Source: Neovahlkampfia damariscottae | Lineage: Eukaryota | Direction of reading: 5' to 3' | DNA: 64,000 bases | NCBI GenBank assembly: GCA_016618085.1 | Contig: JABLTG010000100.1 | Coordinates: forward strand, 1-64,000 | Shown: piece after piece, positions 25,043 through 37,654 of the stretch | Layout of the letters: every line of letters begins with the position of its first letter | How positions within the stretch are numbered: the first letter of the stretch is position 1 | The notes under the pieces: generated by a model | The model's input: only the letters and a program-made list of their open reading frames with translations | Databases searched by the model: none | Told to the model about the DNA's origin: nothing | Translations under genes and position numbers: made by a program

Positions 25043-26119
25043 TTAATTTAATTTGTCCCACAAGTTCTTTATTGTCTCTACTCCAAAAAATACAACACTA
25101 TTTGCAATAATTCCACGAACAAAACAAGGAGCAAATCCTGAGTAAAATCTTTTAACACCTCCTTCAGAATACAAATCCTTCACATGATTTAAAAATGGTT
25201 TTTTATCGAGTTTTTGAACTTGAATTCTAGTTTTCAATTGATCCAATGGATAACTAACAGTCCAAAAACAAGCACCTGCAACACCTCCAGCAGCTTCATA
25301 AACAAAATTTAATTTTCAAGACAAATTTGGTTTTACTCAATGAAACTAATGAAGAAATATGTTTTTCATTTTCATTTTTTAAATAATTCTTTGTTGATTC
25401 ATATGATAAAAAGTAAAATGGAATTCCAACAAATCTCATCGCGCAAGTTGTAAAAAATCCTTGAAAAACACCTTTTAATCCTTCAGTTTTGAGTACTTTT
25501 GCAAAACAATCAAATGGTCCTTGATACAAAAAATGAGTTACTTTTTAATTGTCCAACCTGTGTATGATTTTTCTGCAGCGTAACTTTGAATTTGTAATCT
25601 GTTTTTGACCATATCAACAGGTGTCAAAACTGAACAATAAATAGGAACTGTCAATAAACTAGCTTGTAATAGTTCAATTTTAGAAATTTCTTTTGTTTTG
25701 TCTTTATGAGTTATTCTTTTCATTTGACCGTTTGCTGTGAACTATTTAAAATTAATCAATTTTAGAAATTACCATTACAGCATTTAATGCACCAGACATC
25801 CAAAATGGAGCTGAAAGTCCTTTAAAAAGATTTGAATTCATGGTTAAAATACCTTTGAAAAAACCTTTGATTCCTTCATGAGTGTATGTCTTTTGTATGC
25901 AATCCAATGGTCCTTTAAACAGAGCACTATTATTTTGACTTTGAATCCTCACCTTTTATTTTTTGAATAGTTTTTGAAAATTACTTTTATAGTGTCTTGT
26001 AAAGTTATTTTTTTTTTTTTTTTTGAATTACCTAAAGGATGTCCAGTGATAGCTTGAAGCATTCCTCCAAATGTACCAGCTGTTAAATTTCTTATCGTTT
26101 CATTTTTTTTGTTGGACAT
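25043..26119 (-). CDS. Mitochondrial carrier (SLC25; carnitine/basic amino acid carrier-like), multi-exon
   Basis: Three signature motifs PLDTIKVRIQ, PVDMVKNRLQ and PLDQLKTRIQ, plus EG..GF+.G repeats. Confidence 0.92.
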
Positions 26120-26191
26120 TTAAATTTTTTGTAACAATAAAAAAAACAATCTTAATTTTATTGGCTCAAAATTTTTTCAACATACAATTCT

Positions 26192-26955
26192 ATGAGCACA
26201 AACACCATTTTATTTGAACCATTCTTTGAAAGACAAAAAAGAATTTTATCTTCTTTAAAACCTCAAAAAGCAAGAAAACAAAAGAAAACAAAACCAAAAG
26301 TTATAAAAGAAACAAAAAAAAAAACAAAATCTTCACAATCATCACAAACACCTTCACAAACACCATCACAAACACCTTCACAAACTTCTTCTAAAACAAC
26401 TGAAAAAACAAAAATTGAACAACTTCCAAAAGAGCAAAAATCAATATTATCAAAGCTTAGAATTCATATGTTATCTGTAACTACAACACTTTCTCCAGAT
26501 ACTTATCGTGATATGGTTCTTGGAAAAGATTTTGTTCTTCTTTTACGTATCTTCGAAAAATACTCCAAAAACAACCCAACAAAAGCTTGTAAAACAATTA
26601 AACAAAAAAAACTAACTTTTTTGAATTAGTTTCATCTGAAAAATATGGTATGAATGGTATGAAATTTGGACATTTCGATTTAAGTGAAGACGAAAGAGAA
26701 GATTACAAATTATTTGAAGAAAAACCAAATTTAATACTATTTGGTGATTCAGCTGAGAAAATTTTAGCTATAGAACATGATAGTGATGAACCATTTAAAT
26801 CAGAAGCAAAAGTTGCATCACTTCAATTTGACTTGAACAAAAACGTTTACCTCATTGATGAAGAAGCAAAAGATGAATATGAAGGTCCATTTAAATTCAT
26901 TGATATTTTAAAATCAGTAAAAGTTGTTGAGGTCACAGAAGAAGATTCTGAATAA
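26192..26955 (+). CDS. Hypothetical protein with SQTP repeats (one intron likely)
   Basis: Two ORFs joinable through a short GT-AG intron ending at about 26629. Confidence 0.5.
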
Positions 26956-26974
26956 AAATAAAATTTTCATTTTT

Positions 26975-27292
26975 TTATAAGTTTCCAACTTTATCTCTTG
27001 GGATTAAACGAAGATCACTTCCGTGTTTTAAAAAAACAGTTCCTGAATTTTGATTTGGATTGATACCAATACCATCATTTGTCAGAATTGCACTATTATC
27101 AGCATTTACTTTTTTTTTATTTTTTTTTTTTTTTTTACCTTTGAACTCTTCAGCTGCAAATTTAAGGACTGCTGTAAATGGAGCATTTTCTGGTACTCTT
27201 ACAATTCTATATGGTTCTTTTGGATCTGAAGTGAGAGTTATTTTAAAAGATACTTTAGACCTGAAAACATTCAAACAAAAAAAAACTTACAT
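26975..27292 (-). CDS. UFM1: Ubiquitin-fold modifier 1
   Basis: [14 protein letters not shown]...[15 protein letters not shown]...[13 protein letters not shown]...[17 protein letters not shown]; introns at 27261-27290 and 27109-27138. Confidence 0.97.
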
Positions 27293-27544
27293 TATTGGTT
27301 GAAAATATTCCGCCAATCCAACAACTCATGTAATTGAGAAACCTACAATAATTAAGACTCCTATGTCATTAGTCACGTTATGAGAATAAACTTTTAGTTT
27401 CTAACTTAAAGTCAATCGAACTAAGGTGATTTTTTTCCGAGTGTGGTTACTTCTAATCAGTGGTGTTATTCCAACCAAGTTACTAAAACCACTTTGTTTA
27501 AATAAGAAGCTGAAAACAGTCATGACAAAGAATAAATTTTACTT

Positions 27545-30500
27545 TTAAAAGTTTCTTCTAAAGTCTTTAACTCTCAAACTTTCTGGTTCAACACTGAGAA
27601 CTGGAGTTCTTTTTGATCTTTTGTTTGAAGATTTTCTTGAATTTTGTCTGACTTTGATAACTTTTACCTTTCTTGAACCTTTTCTTCCTTTTGAGTTTTG
27701 TCTTTTTCTTTTGGTTGATGAACGTTTTTTTCTTCTTCCAGATGATTTTTTAGATGATTTTCTTGAACTTCTTGATGATTTTCTTGCTCTTTTTGCTGCT
27801 GATGATCCTAAAAGTTTAAGAATTGATCTACATTTTGAGTCACAAAGGCAAAGTGGAGAATCAGATTCTTCACAATCTGGAGTGAATTTTTGACAGAATT
27901 TTTCACCTTCTGCTTCATTTCTTTTTACTCCTGTGAAGAATGCCATGCATTTTTGATGAAGTGAAGCTTCTGGACATTTAACTAAATCTTTGAAGTAATT
28001 TGCTTCACAAAATGATGCTCTTGGTGCAATACGTTGACAGTTTGTAAGTGTGTTATCAGCTTTACTTAAACAATCACCTTTATCTTTTTTTTCTTTTTTA
28101 TTTTTTTTCTTCTTGTCTTTCTTTTTATTCTTGTTATTTTTCTTTTTGTTTGATCTTTTTTGTGGTCTTTTTCTAGGTTGTTTTTTCTTATTTGAACGTT
28201 TTTTGTTTGAACGTCTTTTCTTTCCAGATTTTGATCTTCTTTTTGATGATTTTCCACGTTTTGATTTACCTCCTTTTCCTTTTCTTCCAGATGGTCTTAA
28301 ATTTTTGAAGTATTTTTGTAAGAAGAGTTTCACAATTTTAATCCAAACTTTTTGAGTTGTTTTCATGAAAGCCATGTTGAGTAAAAGATTGTTTGAGAAT
28401 TTCATTCTTTCAATCTTAACAGTAGCAGGTGTAACACCTTCTTCAGGATCCCAATCATTTGCTTTTGATTCATCCATACATTTTTTAGTTGCCCATTTCT
28501 TGCCTTTTCCAATTTTCTTTTCATATAAAGTTCTTTCAAATCTTGTAACAAGAAGGTCAAGGTAAAGCCCTAAAGTGAAAGTTAATGGAAAGAGTGAAAG
28601 TGTTTGTTGAACACATCTGTTGCATTGAGTTTGAGCCATTTGATGTGAAAGTCCAATTCCTGTTGTTAACTCTCCTGAGATACCTCCTGAGAAGATAGCT
28701 ACACCAATTCCAGCTGAAACAGTTGGTCCTAATGTAAATTCTGGTTCAACTTCAAGTGAAAAGACAGATGATTCACCACATAAAGCAAGATTGTAGTTAA
28801 GAGCAAATCCTCCAGTAATTGCAAATGAAAATGTGATTGGAATTGGTCCTGCCATGATTGTCATCTTTAATTCAAAAAAGTCAAAAGTTTCATCAAGCAT
28901 AGCGAATTCTAAACCATTACAATATTCAAAGTTTTTCATTTTATCTGGTACAAGTTGTAATTCCCACATATGAAGCTAAAAATACATTAAATACTATTTA
29001 GTGAAACTTACTTTTCCCATGAGTGTTAATCTAAATTTATCTTGAACTTTTTTATTTCCATGAGCTGATTTATCAATATAGATATAAGCATCAGCTGAGA
29101 ATAAAGAAAATCTTCTTCCAAATAAACCAATGTCCAAGTCTCCTCTTGCCATAGCAATGAATTTAAGATTTGAATCTGAGCATTTTGTTGGTTGTTTGGA
29201 AGCTGAAAATCCATGAGCTCCAAAATAAACATATAAAAGTCTAATACCGAAAACTTTTTCAAAGTTTCTTTGATTTGAAGAACTAAAAGATGAAAATCTG
29301 AATTTACGATCAACTGAACGAGCATAGTTCATATAATGTTTGTTGCTTGTACAGATTTTATCATTTCTTGTTGTATCAATACAAGTTTTTCCTAAACTTT
29401 CTAATGTAACTTTTCCAGCAATTTTTTCTTTTAAGTCTTTGAAGAATTTTTTAGCTTTTTTGATAAGTCCACCAAGAGCATTTTTAACAGCATTAGCAGC
29501 TTTTTTGACGAATTTACCAATTTTCTTTCCAACTTGTTCCGCTTTTTTAATAGCTTTTTTGAGAACTTGTTTGAATGGTTTTGGAGTAATTCTAATCGCA
29601 GTTTTTTTAACAGCTCGATAAGCTTTTCTAACACCTCTTGAAATAGCTCTTGCACCTCTTTTGATAGCACGTCCAATTTTTCTGAAGAATAAAACGTTTC
29701 TTTCTTGAAGATGATGGTTGTAGTCAACATCTGGTAAGTTCTTAAACATATCCTCATTTTCAGCATCTTCAACTTCAGTTTGTTGAACATCTGCTTCTGT
29801 AAAGTAATCTGAAATAGCACTTAAAATAGTACCTGATTCTGAAGTTGCTTCAAGTTTTCTAAATTCATCAACTGACGCTCGATTTTCTAAAACTTTTTCA
29901 CGTTGTGTTTGAGCATGAATAGCAGCAGTTTTAACTTCTTCATGAATGTCTGATTGGACAATTTTGTGAACTAATGAAGTCGCTTCTTCATGTTCATGTT
30001 CTGCAGTACGATGTTGAAGTGCATGAGCAGCATCAATTCTTGAGTCCAATGACATATGATTTGAATAAATTAATTTTTCAAGAATTGATAAAGGAACAGC
30101 TTCTCCAGCATTTGCTAAGGCTTTAACATGAATGTTTAATGAATCAGCACCTTCGGCTTTATTTAAGACGTTGTGCATATTCATAGCAACATGTCCGAGA
30201 ATATGTTGAGCAAGAAGTTTGTTTTGTGTTTTTGAAGCCATGTGAGCAAAAAGAAGATAAGCTTGTGATGAAAGAACACCTAATTCTTCAGCTTCTGATA
30301 AAGCTTGTAGAGCATGAATTGATTCATCTGATGGACTTTTAATTCCAACCATACTTGTCATTGCTGATTGAGTTGTAACTGGATTCTTTAATGCTTCAAT
30401 TAAAACTTTTTCAGCAACAGGTGATTGTGTTGATGCCAATAAAGTATGTAAAACTTTTTGATAAGCTAAATTATTTGAAGCAGCTTTGTATTCTTTAATT

Positions 30501-31583
30501 AAAAGTGAAAGTGATTTTTCTGAAAATGCTTTGGTGTATTCTAAAGCTTTGTTGAAAACTTGAATGTTTTTTGGGTTTTCTTGTAATTTTCTTAAAATTT
30601 GTGGATAATCAGTTGATTGTTCTAATTTTTCTTTTTTAGCTTGTAAAGCAAATTCATAAGTCGCTTGACTCATTGAAAGATCTTCAGCAAAACCAGTTGT
30701 GACATCTAATGTTTTGGCATCAACGTCTTTTTTTGTGATTTTTTTTTTCAAAATAAAACGAGTAGCAGATTCAACTTTTTGAATGTCTCCAGCTCTTTCT
30801 TCATTTGCAGCATCTGGTTTCATTTCTGGATGTGCAACTTTTAATTCTTCATATTGTTTATTTCCTTTTGAGTTTGTTCCGAAAACAGCAAAGTATCGTT
30901 GATTAACTCTTTGAATAATACCTTCTTTAATTAAACAAGCAGTGGTCAATCTGAATTTTGAATCTCTTTTTCTTTCCAATTTTTGAGCTCCAAGCAATTT
31001 GATGACATCTCTACTTTTGACTCTTCTGACAATTCTTCTGTGTCCTCTTTTTCTTGAATATGTATAACGAGCGTTTACTTGACCTTCAGGAGAATTTTCA
31101 ACTCTTCTTTTGTAGTGTTTTCCTTTTGTTGTATCGATTTGATAGAATGAGGCTACAGTTTTTCTAACGTTGTAAAGAACCATTTCAACTTTTTTTGCAG
31201 GGTTTGGTTCATGACTATTGATGAATTGAAGAAGAAGTCCTTCTTGGTTAAGTGTAAAAACTGAGTATTCAGGAGTTCCAGGATATGACTTTTCGTATCT
31301 TTTGCCACCAATTTTTTGAGCAAAAGAAACATCTGGTGTTCCGACGAAGTATTCATTGAAACCTTCCTTTTTTACACATTGTACATCCACTGTACCTTTG
31401 ACTGATAAACGTTCACCATCTTTTGAGCCAAGAGATGACACTAAAAAACGGTTCAGCTGATAAAAGTTATTTACCGTCACTCACGAATTCATATTGAACT
31501 ACAGTGTCTTTCAGACACTTCAAGTGATTTAGATTAGCGATAGATAACCCAATGAAGAGGAGGAAAAGAATTATGAATCTCAT
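27545..31583 (-). CDS. Large secreted protein with vitellogenin/large-lipid-transfer-like N-terminal region and very basic C-terminus
   Basis: Signal peptide MRFIILFLLFIGLSIA; beta-rich region then a helical superhelix (ALANAG, RIDAAHAL); 2 short introns; K/R/S-rich tail with Cys clusters. The family call is tentative. Confidence 0.5.
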
Positions 31584-32014
31584 CTGCAAAGTGGTTTTAG
31601 TATGACTGACCAATGGGATTTCAGAGACGATTCAATTGGTTTAAAATGACCAACCGAAAGAATTTTAAAAATGATCTTTTTTGATAATTCTTCAATTATT
31701 TTGATAAAAAAACATTTTTCAACATTTGTCAAATCATGTGAGTTTTACTTAAAACGGCGATGAAAATGTGTTGGTCAAAATAAAAGAGAAAAGAAGGAAT
31801 GGAGGAAAACCTTTGATATTACCGGGAATTTGTCCAAGGTTATTTTCCTTTCACATCAACTCATAAAATCGCAACTAACATCAACAACTACTTTGGGTTT
31901 CTAGAGAATTACCATCTCAATCAAATGAAATGGACTTGGACAATTTTTAAAAGAAAAGAAACAAAAGATCATTGTTCAGTTTGGCTCATCCAATTAGAGT
32001 TTTAAATTGATCAA

Positions 32015-32784
32015 ATGAAAAACGAGAACATAGAACAAGCAAAAAAAAGTTTATTTTTTTTTTTAACTTTATAAAAGGTTGTGTAATTAATTTCTCTGAA
32101 GATATTACTTCAAAAGATTTGCATAAACAAGGTGTTTTATTTTATAAAATTAAAAAAATAGTTTTGAAAGGAATTGCCTCTAATGTAAAAATGGGACCTT
32201 TCAAAGCAACTTCAGGTGTAATATTACCATACTACCTTAATGCTACAACAAATTTTTTAGACAAAAATATTGCTCCTTTGGTAATAGAAATTTTTATTGA
32301 TTACCTTGAAAATAAAATAAAATCAACAATACCAGAAGAATACTTCAAACAAGGAAAGAAAGCTTTAATTGTTGGAATGGAGGTGGCAGGTGGAATTATT
32401 GTATCACAATTAGCCAGCTCTAAATCAAAAATTAATGAATGGGCTGATTTTTGTTATGTAAGAAAAGCACAAAAAAAATCAGGGACATGTCAACAATTAG
32501 AAGGACCAAATGAATTCACAAAAAGAAATTCAAAAAGCGATTTGTTGTATTCAATTTGGGTTGATGATGCTTTGAGCACTGGATCATCTTTACTTGAAGG
32601 AATTCAAATGCTAAAATCAGTTTATAACATTGACGTGGTTTCAAGTTTGTATCTTTGTGATCGTTCAAAAGACAGAAAGAATTTAAGTGATGAAAAACAG
32701 TATCTTTCCCATGAATTGTTTGAAAAATCAAAAATTTATGCAATCTATGATTTACAAGAGATTGATGAATTAATTGAAAAATAA
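32015..32784 (+). CDS. Orotate phosphoribosyltransferase-like type I PRTase
   Basis: GPFKATSG..PYY, YVRK..K and PRPP motif WVDDALSTGSS; short 5' exons. Confidence 0.8.
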
Positions 32785-32922
32785 ATTTTCCAATGACAGA
32801 GGGATTTTTTGGCCAATTTGGGCTATGGGAAAGAAGGTTTTTTTTTTTTGGAAATCAATTTAATTGGTGGAAAGTTCAGATTTTTTCTGAACCAATCAAC
32901 CAAGAGATTGAATAAAAAAACG

Positions 32923-33771
32923 ATGAAGTCAATCATTATTCTCGTTCTTGCTCTCATTGCTTTTACTTCTGCTCACGTTTGTAAAGCTGAAGGAGACCCT
33001 CACTATAGAACATTTGGAGGTCGTGCGTTTAACTTCTATGCTACAGGAGAATTCGTACTCTTCAAAAGAAACGGATTTACTTGTAACACAAGATTAAGAC
33101 AATCAAACAGACACTGGAGAGGAAGATCATTAAACGTTGGTGTTGCTTGTAAATACCGCGGAGTTCATTTTGAAATGGACGTTGAAAAATCAATCAAGTC
33201 ATACCTCAACCACAGAAAATTCAGAGGTTCAAAAACTGTTAGAGGAGTTCAAGTTTCATTCTCAGGAAGAAACTTCACATTCAAATCAAAAGATATGCGT
33301 ATGACAGGTAGAATCAACAGAGTTTCATCAGGAAATGTCAAAAATTATTTGAACCTTTATGTTTACTCACATCACTCAGGTGCTTCAGGACTTTGTCAAG
33401 GACAACAAACAAAAGCTAGAAGAACTCTCTTCTATCATGGAAAAGCTCCAAGATTCCATTTTGGACACAAAAGAAGAATCAGCCACAAATGGTTAAAATT
33501 TGGAAGACGTATCTGTGCTCGTAGATTTAAATTTGGATCATTCTCATACAGATCATGTGTTACTGATGTTGCTGCTTCCAAAAGAAGAGGAATCGCTCGT
33601 CAATACTCAAAATTCAAACGTTTGGTTAAAAGAAAATTCAAAAAAGTTTGTTTTGGAGGAAAATGTCATTTCTTGAACATCAGAAGATTAAAAAGAAAAC
33701 TCAAAAGTACAGCTGGAAGAGTTTATGCTGCTACAAGAAGATTCAGAACTAGAAGAATTAGAAGAATTTAA
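32923..33771 (+). CDS. Secreted, highly basic von Willebrand factor type D (VWD) domain protein
   Basis: Signal peptide, CKAEGDPHYRTFGG..F, SGLC and C-terminal CVTDV. Confidence 0.8.
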   Translation: MKSIIILVLALIAFTSAHVCKAEGDPHYRTFGGRAFNFYATGEFVLFKRNGFTCNTRLRQSNRHWRGRSLNVGVACKYRGVHFEMDVEKSIKSYLNHRKFRGSKTVRGVQVSFSGRNFTFKSKDMRMTGRINRVSSGNVKNYLNLYVYSHHSGASGLCQGQQTKARRTLFYHGKAPRFHFGHKRRISHKWLKFGRRICARRFKFGSFSYRSCVTDVAASKRRGIARQYSKFKRLVKRKFKKVCFGGKCHFLNIRRLKRKLKSTAGRVYAATRRFRTRRIRRI

Positions 33772-33874
33772 AAACCTTAAATTCTCAATAGAAAAAATAA
33801 TAAATAATTTATATTTTTCAAACCAATTTCTTTTTTATTTTCCAATCATAATTGATTTATTTGAAAGGAAGTTG

Positions 33875-36142
33875 ATGATTAGGAGTTTTTTTGAAAGTAT
33901 ATTTCCAACAGAAAAGAATCATGGCTGTGTTGAGTCTTTGACAGCAGATGCAAAAGTCACCATAACAATAAAAAAAGCAGATTTCCAACAGAATATTTTT
34001 CCTTGTTACATAAAAATTTCAAATTCTAAAGAAGATTTATTGATATCCTCAAATTCGTATACTTTAAACTGGAATCAAAAACTTTCTTTGTCAGCAAAAT
34101 TTATTCTTTTGACTTTTCAGTTTTGTGAATGGGACTAAAGACCAACAGGTGTTAAAGTTCACAGTTTGGCAAAATTCAAAATTTATAGGTGATGGAATAT
34201 ATTATTATGACTATAATTTTGAATCTGTTGTTGGGAAGCAAATTATGATTCATGATACAATTTCAAAGAAGACAATTGGGAATTTATCAATAGAAATCAT
34301 GTCTGAAGATTTAAAAACTTTAAGGATAGATCTAGCGAAAAAAATATATTTTAGTTACATATTAGACAGTTTGTTTCATTAACATTCAAAATTTTAGGAA
34401 ATGACTTGCAAAATGGGTTAATCAAAAATAAGATGAATGAAATGCAAGATTTACAACTTAACAAAGAAATATTCGAAAAAATTAATGAAGAAGGTATTAT
34501 TATATCAGAAAATCAACAGATTGGTTTGAAAATTTCAAAAAATGATCAAATCTTGTCAATCAATTCCATCGATTTCAGAGAATCATTCAAATCTGGTTTT
34601 AAACTCACCTTGTCAGTTTTTGTTTCAGAAAATGACTTAAAAGAAGATTCTATGATATTTTCATTCGGGAATCAAACATTTATACAAATAGGTGTCTCTC
34701 TTTTTTCTTTTCATTTGCTCTCATCAAATGATAAAATTCAAAAGTTCCCAAGTTCACAAGATCAATTTTCATTGAAAAATTATTATCAAGTGAACAAATG
34801 GAATGAAAGAAATATAGTATTTAACGCATTTCAAAATAAATTAGAACAATTTGTCAATGGAAAGAACATCCCAGTAGATAGAATTGTTGACTTCAAAGTT
34901 TTAGAGAATTTGATCTCTATTTTGGCAATTGGGAAACCTCTTCAATTGAAATATGATGGAAATATTTTCGAGGGACATATTTCAAATGTCCATTGCTCAA
35001 ATTAAATTTTGTGTTTTTTTGACGTTGGAGAATTTTTTTTGTCCAATCACAATGAAAATTTTTTTTTGTTCTCCTGATAATGAAGATACTGGTGGTCCTG
35101 ACATATTCAAAGAATTAGATGAACATAAACAAAGATCATCACTGTTATTGAGCGATACGACTATCTTCAAGAGATATAAATTGAAAATAGAAAAAATAAT
35201 AATGTTGAAAGAACAACAAGAAAAAAAAATTAAATTTTCTGTTGAAAATCAAGAAACTGAATACATAGTAAAATTAGAAAGAGAATTTGACAATTTTGAA
35301 TTGTTAGACAAAAATTATATTTTTTTTAACATTAACAGGTATCCAAATTTTTTGGAGAATAATTATTTATTTGTTGATGACATTAAGATTGAGATTGAAA
35401 ATTTAAATGGAAAAAAAGAAATTATAATTGAAGATATGTTCAAAATCAACTTAAATTTAGAGATTTGTTTTGTCAAAGAAAAAGTTTTTTCTTTTGAAAA
35501 GTCATCTGAAAATTTTTCTTTCAAAGATCATTCGTCAAATGAATTTCATTTGATTTTTAAAAATTTAGAAGAAAAATCATCTGTAGAAAGTATCAAAGAA
35601 TATGAAAATTCCAGTAGTGTGCTATTTACTGGTTATGATTTCATTGAATGCTTGAATCATGATCTTTTTGTTTCAACATATGAAATATCTTTCTTGTTTA
35701 AATTTAAATTATCTGATGAATTGAAAGATTTACCACTGTGGACAACTAATGAAAAGGAAGTTATAATATCAACATTTTATTGTTCCATCATCCAAAAAAA
35801 TAATGTTGAAATTTCCACAAAAGATGAAACAAATAAGGATGACTTTCTTTTTCAATTGAATCAAGTTTACAAAAAAAATGATTGGAATACAAAAATTGTA
35901 ACATATTCAAGCTCAACATTAAAAGAGTATTATAATGGAATTTTATTTTCAAATTTGAAAATTGATAATTCTCAACCTATCAAAGACACCATAAACGTAA
36001 GATAAAAAAATTCATTTTTGACACTAAAAAGTTTTGTATAGGTGCTTTGAATGATGTAGATTTCATTGGATTTCGTGGATTAATTTCAAATATTCAAATT
36101 TTCAATTATGTCTTGTCGAAAGAAGAAATTCAAAAAATCTAA
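33875..36142 (+). CDS. C2-like plus two LamG/concanavalin-A-like domains, multi-exon
   Basis: WN.+IV.Y....+EY.NG and IG....F.G.ISNIQIFNYVLSKEEI motifs; paralogous to the genes at 39568 and 40882. Confidence 0.5.
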
Positions 36143-36164
36143 TTAAAATCTTTTCGAGGAGAGT

Positions 36165-37654
36165 TTATTGAATATTCAATTCTTTAATTAAATTTGAATA
36201 TCTTTTTCTGACAAATTCTTTCATACCTTCTATCATATTGAACCAAGTCAATTCAGGTTTCAAAAATGGATTGGTATGATGTGGAGTCAGATAATCAATA
36301 TACAATCTATTCATATATTCTTTACGTATTTCTTGAAATAAAAATGATTGAAGTTGACTGATTCTTTCAATAAGTTTGCTGTTTGCGTTGAAAATTCTCT
36401 TGATTACCAAAATCAATTTCTCACGATAGATCTTCATGAAAAGAGGTGATTTTAATATTCTACCTGTTAGTACAACAAATTTTTCTTTATCATTGCTAAA
36501 TGAATGGAATGACCAATTTAATGCAGTTGTATCTGCCCAATCTTTGAATTTAGAATTTCTCATTTTTTTCCTCTGAAAACTCCAAGTAGTATCATAAGGA
36601 ATAAATTCGAATTTACCAGTTTCAGGGTTTTTATAGATATAATAATTATGATATCCAAAGGAATATGAATCTGTTGTGCATGTGCAAGCTTCAATTGCCA
36701 AATAAGTCAAGAATCTTTCGACATCCAATACTTTTGTGATTTCAGATTCAAAATTTCTTGAAGAGTTGATTTTTTTGATTAAATCTAACAAATCTAAATA
36801 GTTTGTTGAATTTCCTGATTTTTGATCATACACTGGGGCACGAAATCCCATTCTTTCTGCGGTGAAATCTTTATAGATTTGTGGATCATCTCCTTTGTAA
36901 GTTAAACTTGCTGAGACCATTCTTCCTTGGTATAAGCTTCCATAATCCTCATTATATCTTGCACTGATAAAATCTTGATCAACTTCTTCACCAATCCAAT
37001 ACAATGAAAATTTGACATCGTTGATGTACAACATTGCAAAAGTGCTTCTTTGACTTGGAATTTTGAATGATCTATGCATGTCAAATGGTATCACATATCT
37101 TGTACCAAACCCATTTTCACCGGAAGTTTTTAAAGACACTTTTTTAATCCCAAAGAAATCGTTATTTGCAAATTTCATTTTGAAATTCTTCACCAACAAA
37201 AATCTACCAGAATTTCCTTTTATTCTGATTTTACTATTGTCCATTTTTATTATTTTATTACCATTACTGAATGTTAAATTCATTGAAACCCATTTATTGG
37301 TGAAAGCACGAGTTGGATTTATCATTCGTAAGTAATGAGAATTCTTCATTTGAACTCTAAAAATTGAAATTGAAGAAAGGTTAAATAAAGGATGATTATC
37401 TTGTATATTTCATTTTTTGAGTAGTATTCTCTGTTATCTTGTCTATTTTCTCCATATGGCAGTGGTGAAAAATTTGGTATTTTTGTACTGCAATCAGAGC
37501 CTGTGTATCCATGATTGCATTGACAGAAATGTTCATTATTAAATATTTTGTAAAAACCTTTTCCAGAACATGTATTTTCTGGACATTTTACAGAACCACA
37601 GTCCTTTCCTTTCCAACCTTCATGACCAGTGTTAAAGGATGAAAATTTATTCAT
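36165..37654 (-). pseudogene. EGF-repeat plus CotH-family kinase, frameshifted and apparently 5'-truncated
   Basis: EGF Cys pattern (CQCNHGYTGSDC); CotH motifs IRIKGNSGR, LYIND..LYWIGEEVD, HNYYIY and FIPYD. The frame changes at about 37405 without an intron, and there is no signal peptide. Confidence 0.65.

Noticed and set aside
26335..26385. 12-bp tandem repeat as a CRISPR-like or mobile repeat
   Set aside because: It has no spacers and is a coding SQTP repeat.
27621..28565. Phe/Leu-rich plus-strand ORFs that look like membrane proteins
   Set aside because: They are antisense shadows of the Lys/Arg-rich minus-strand CDS.
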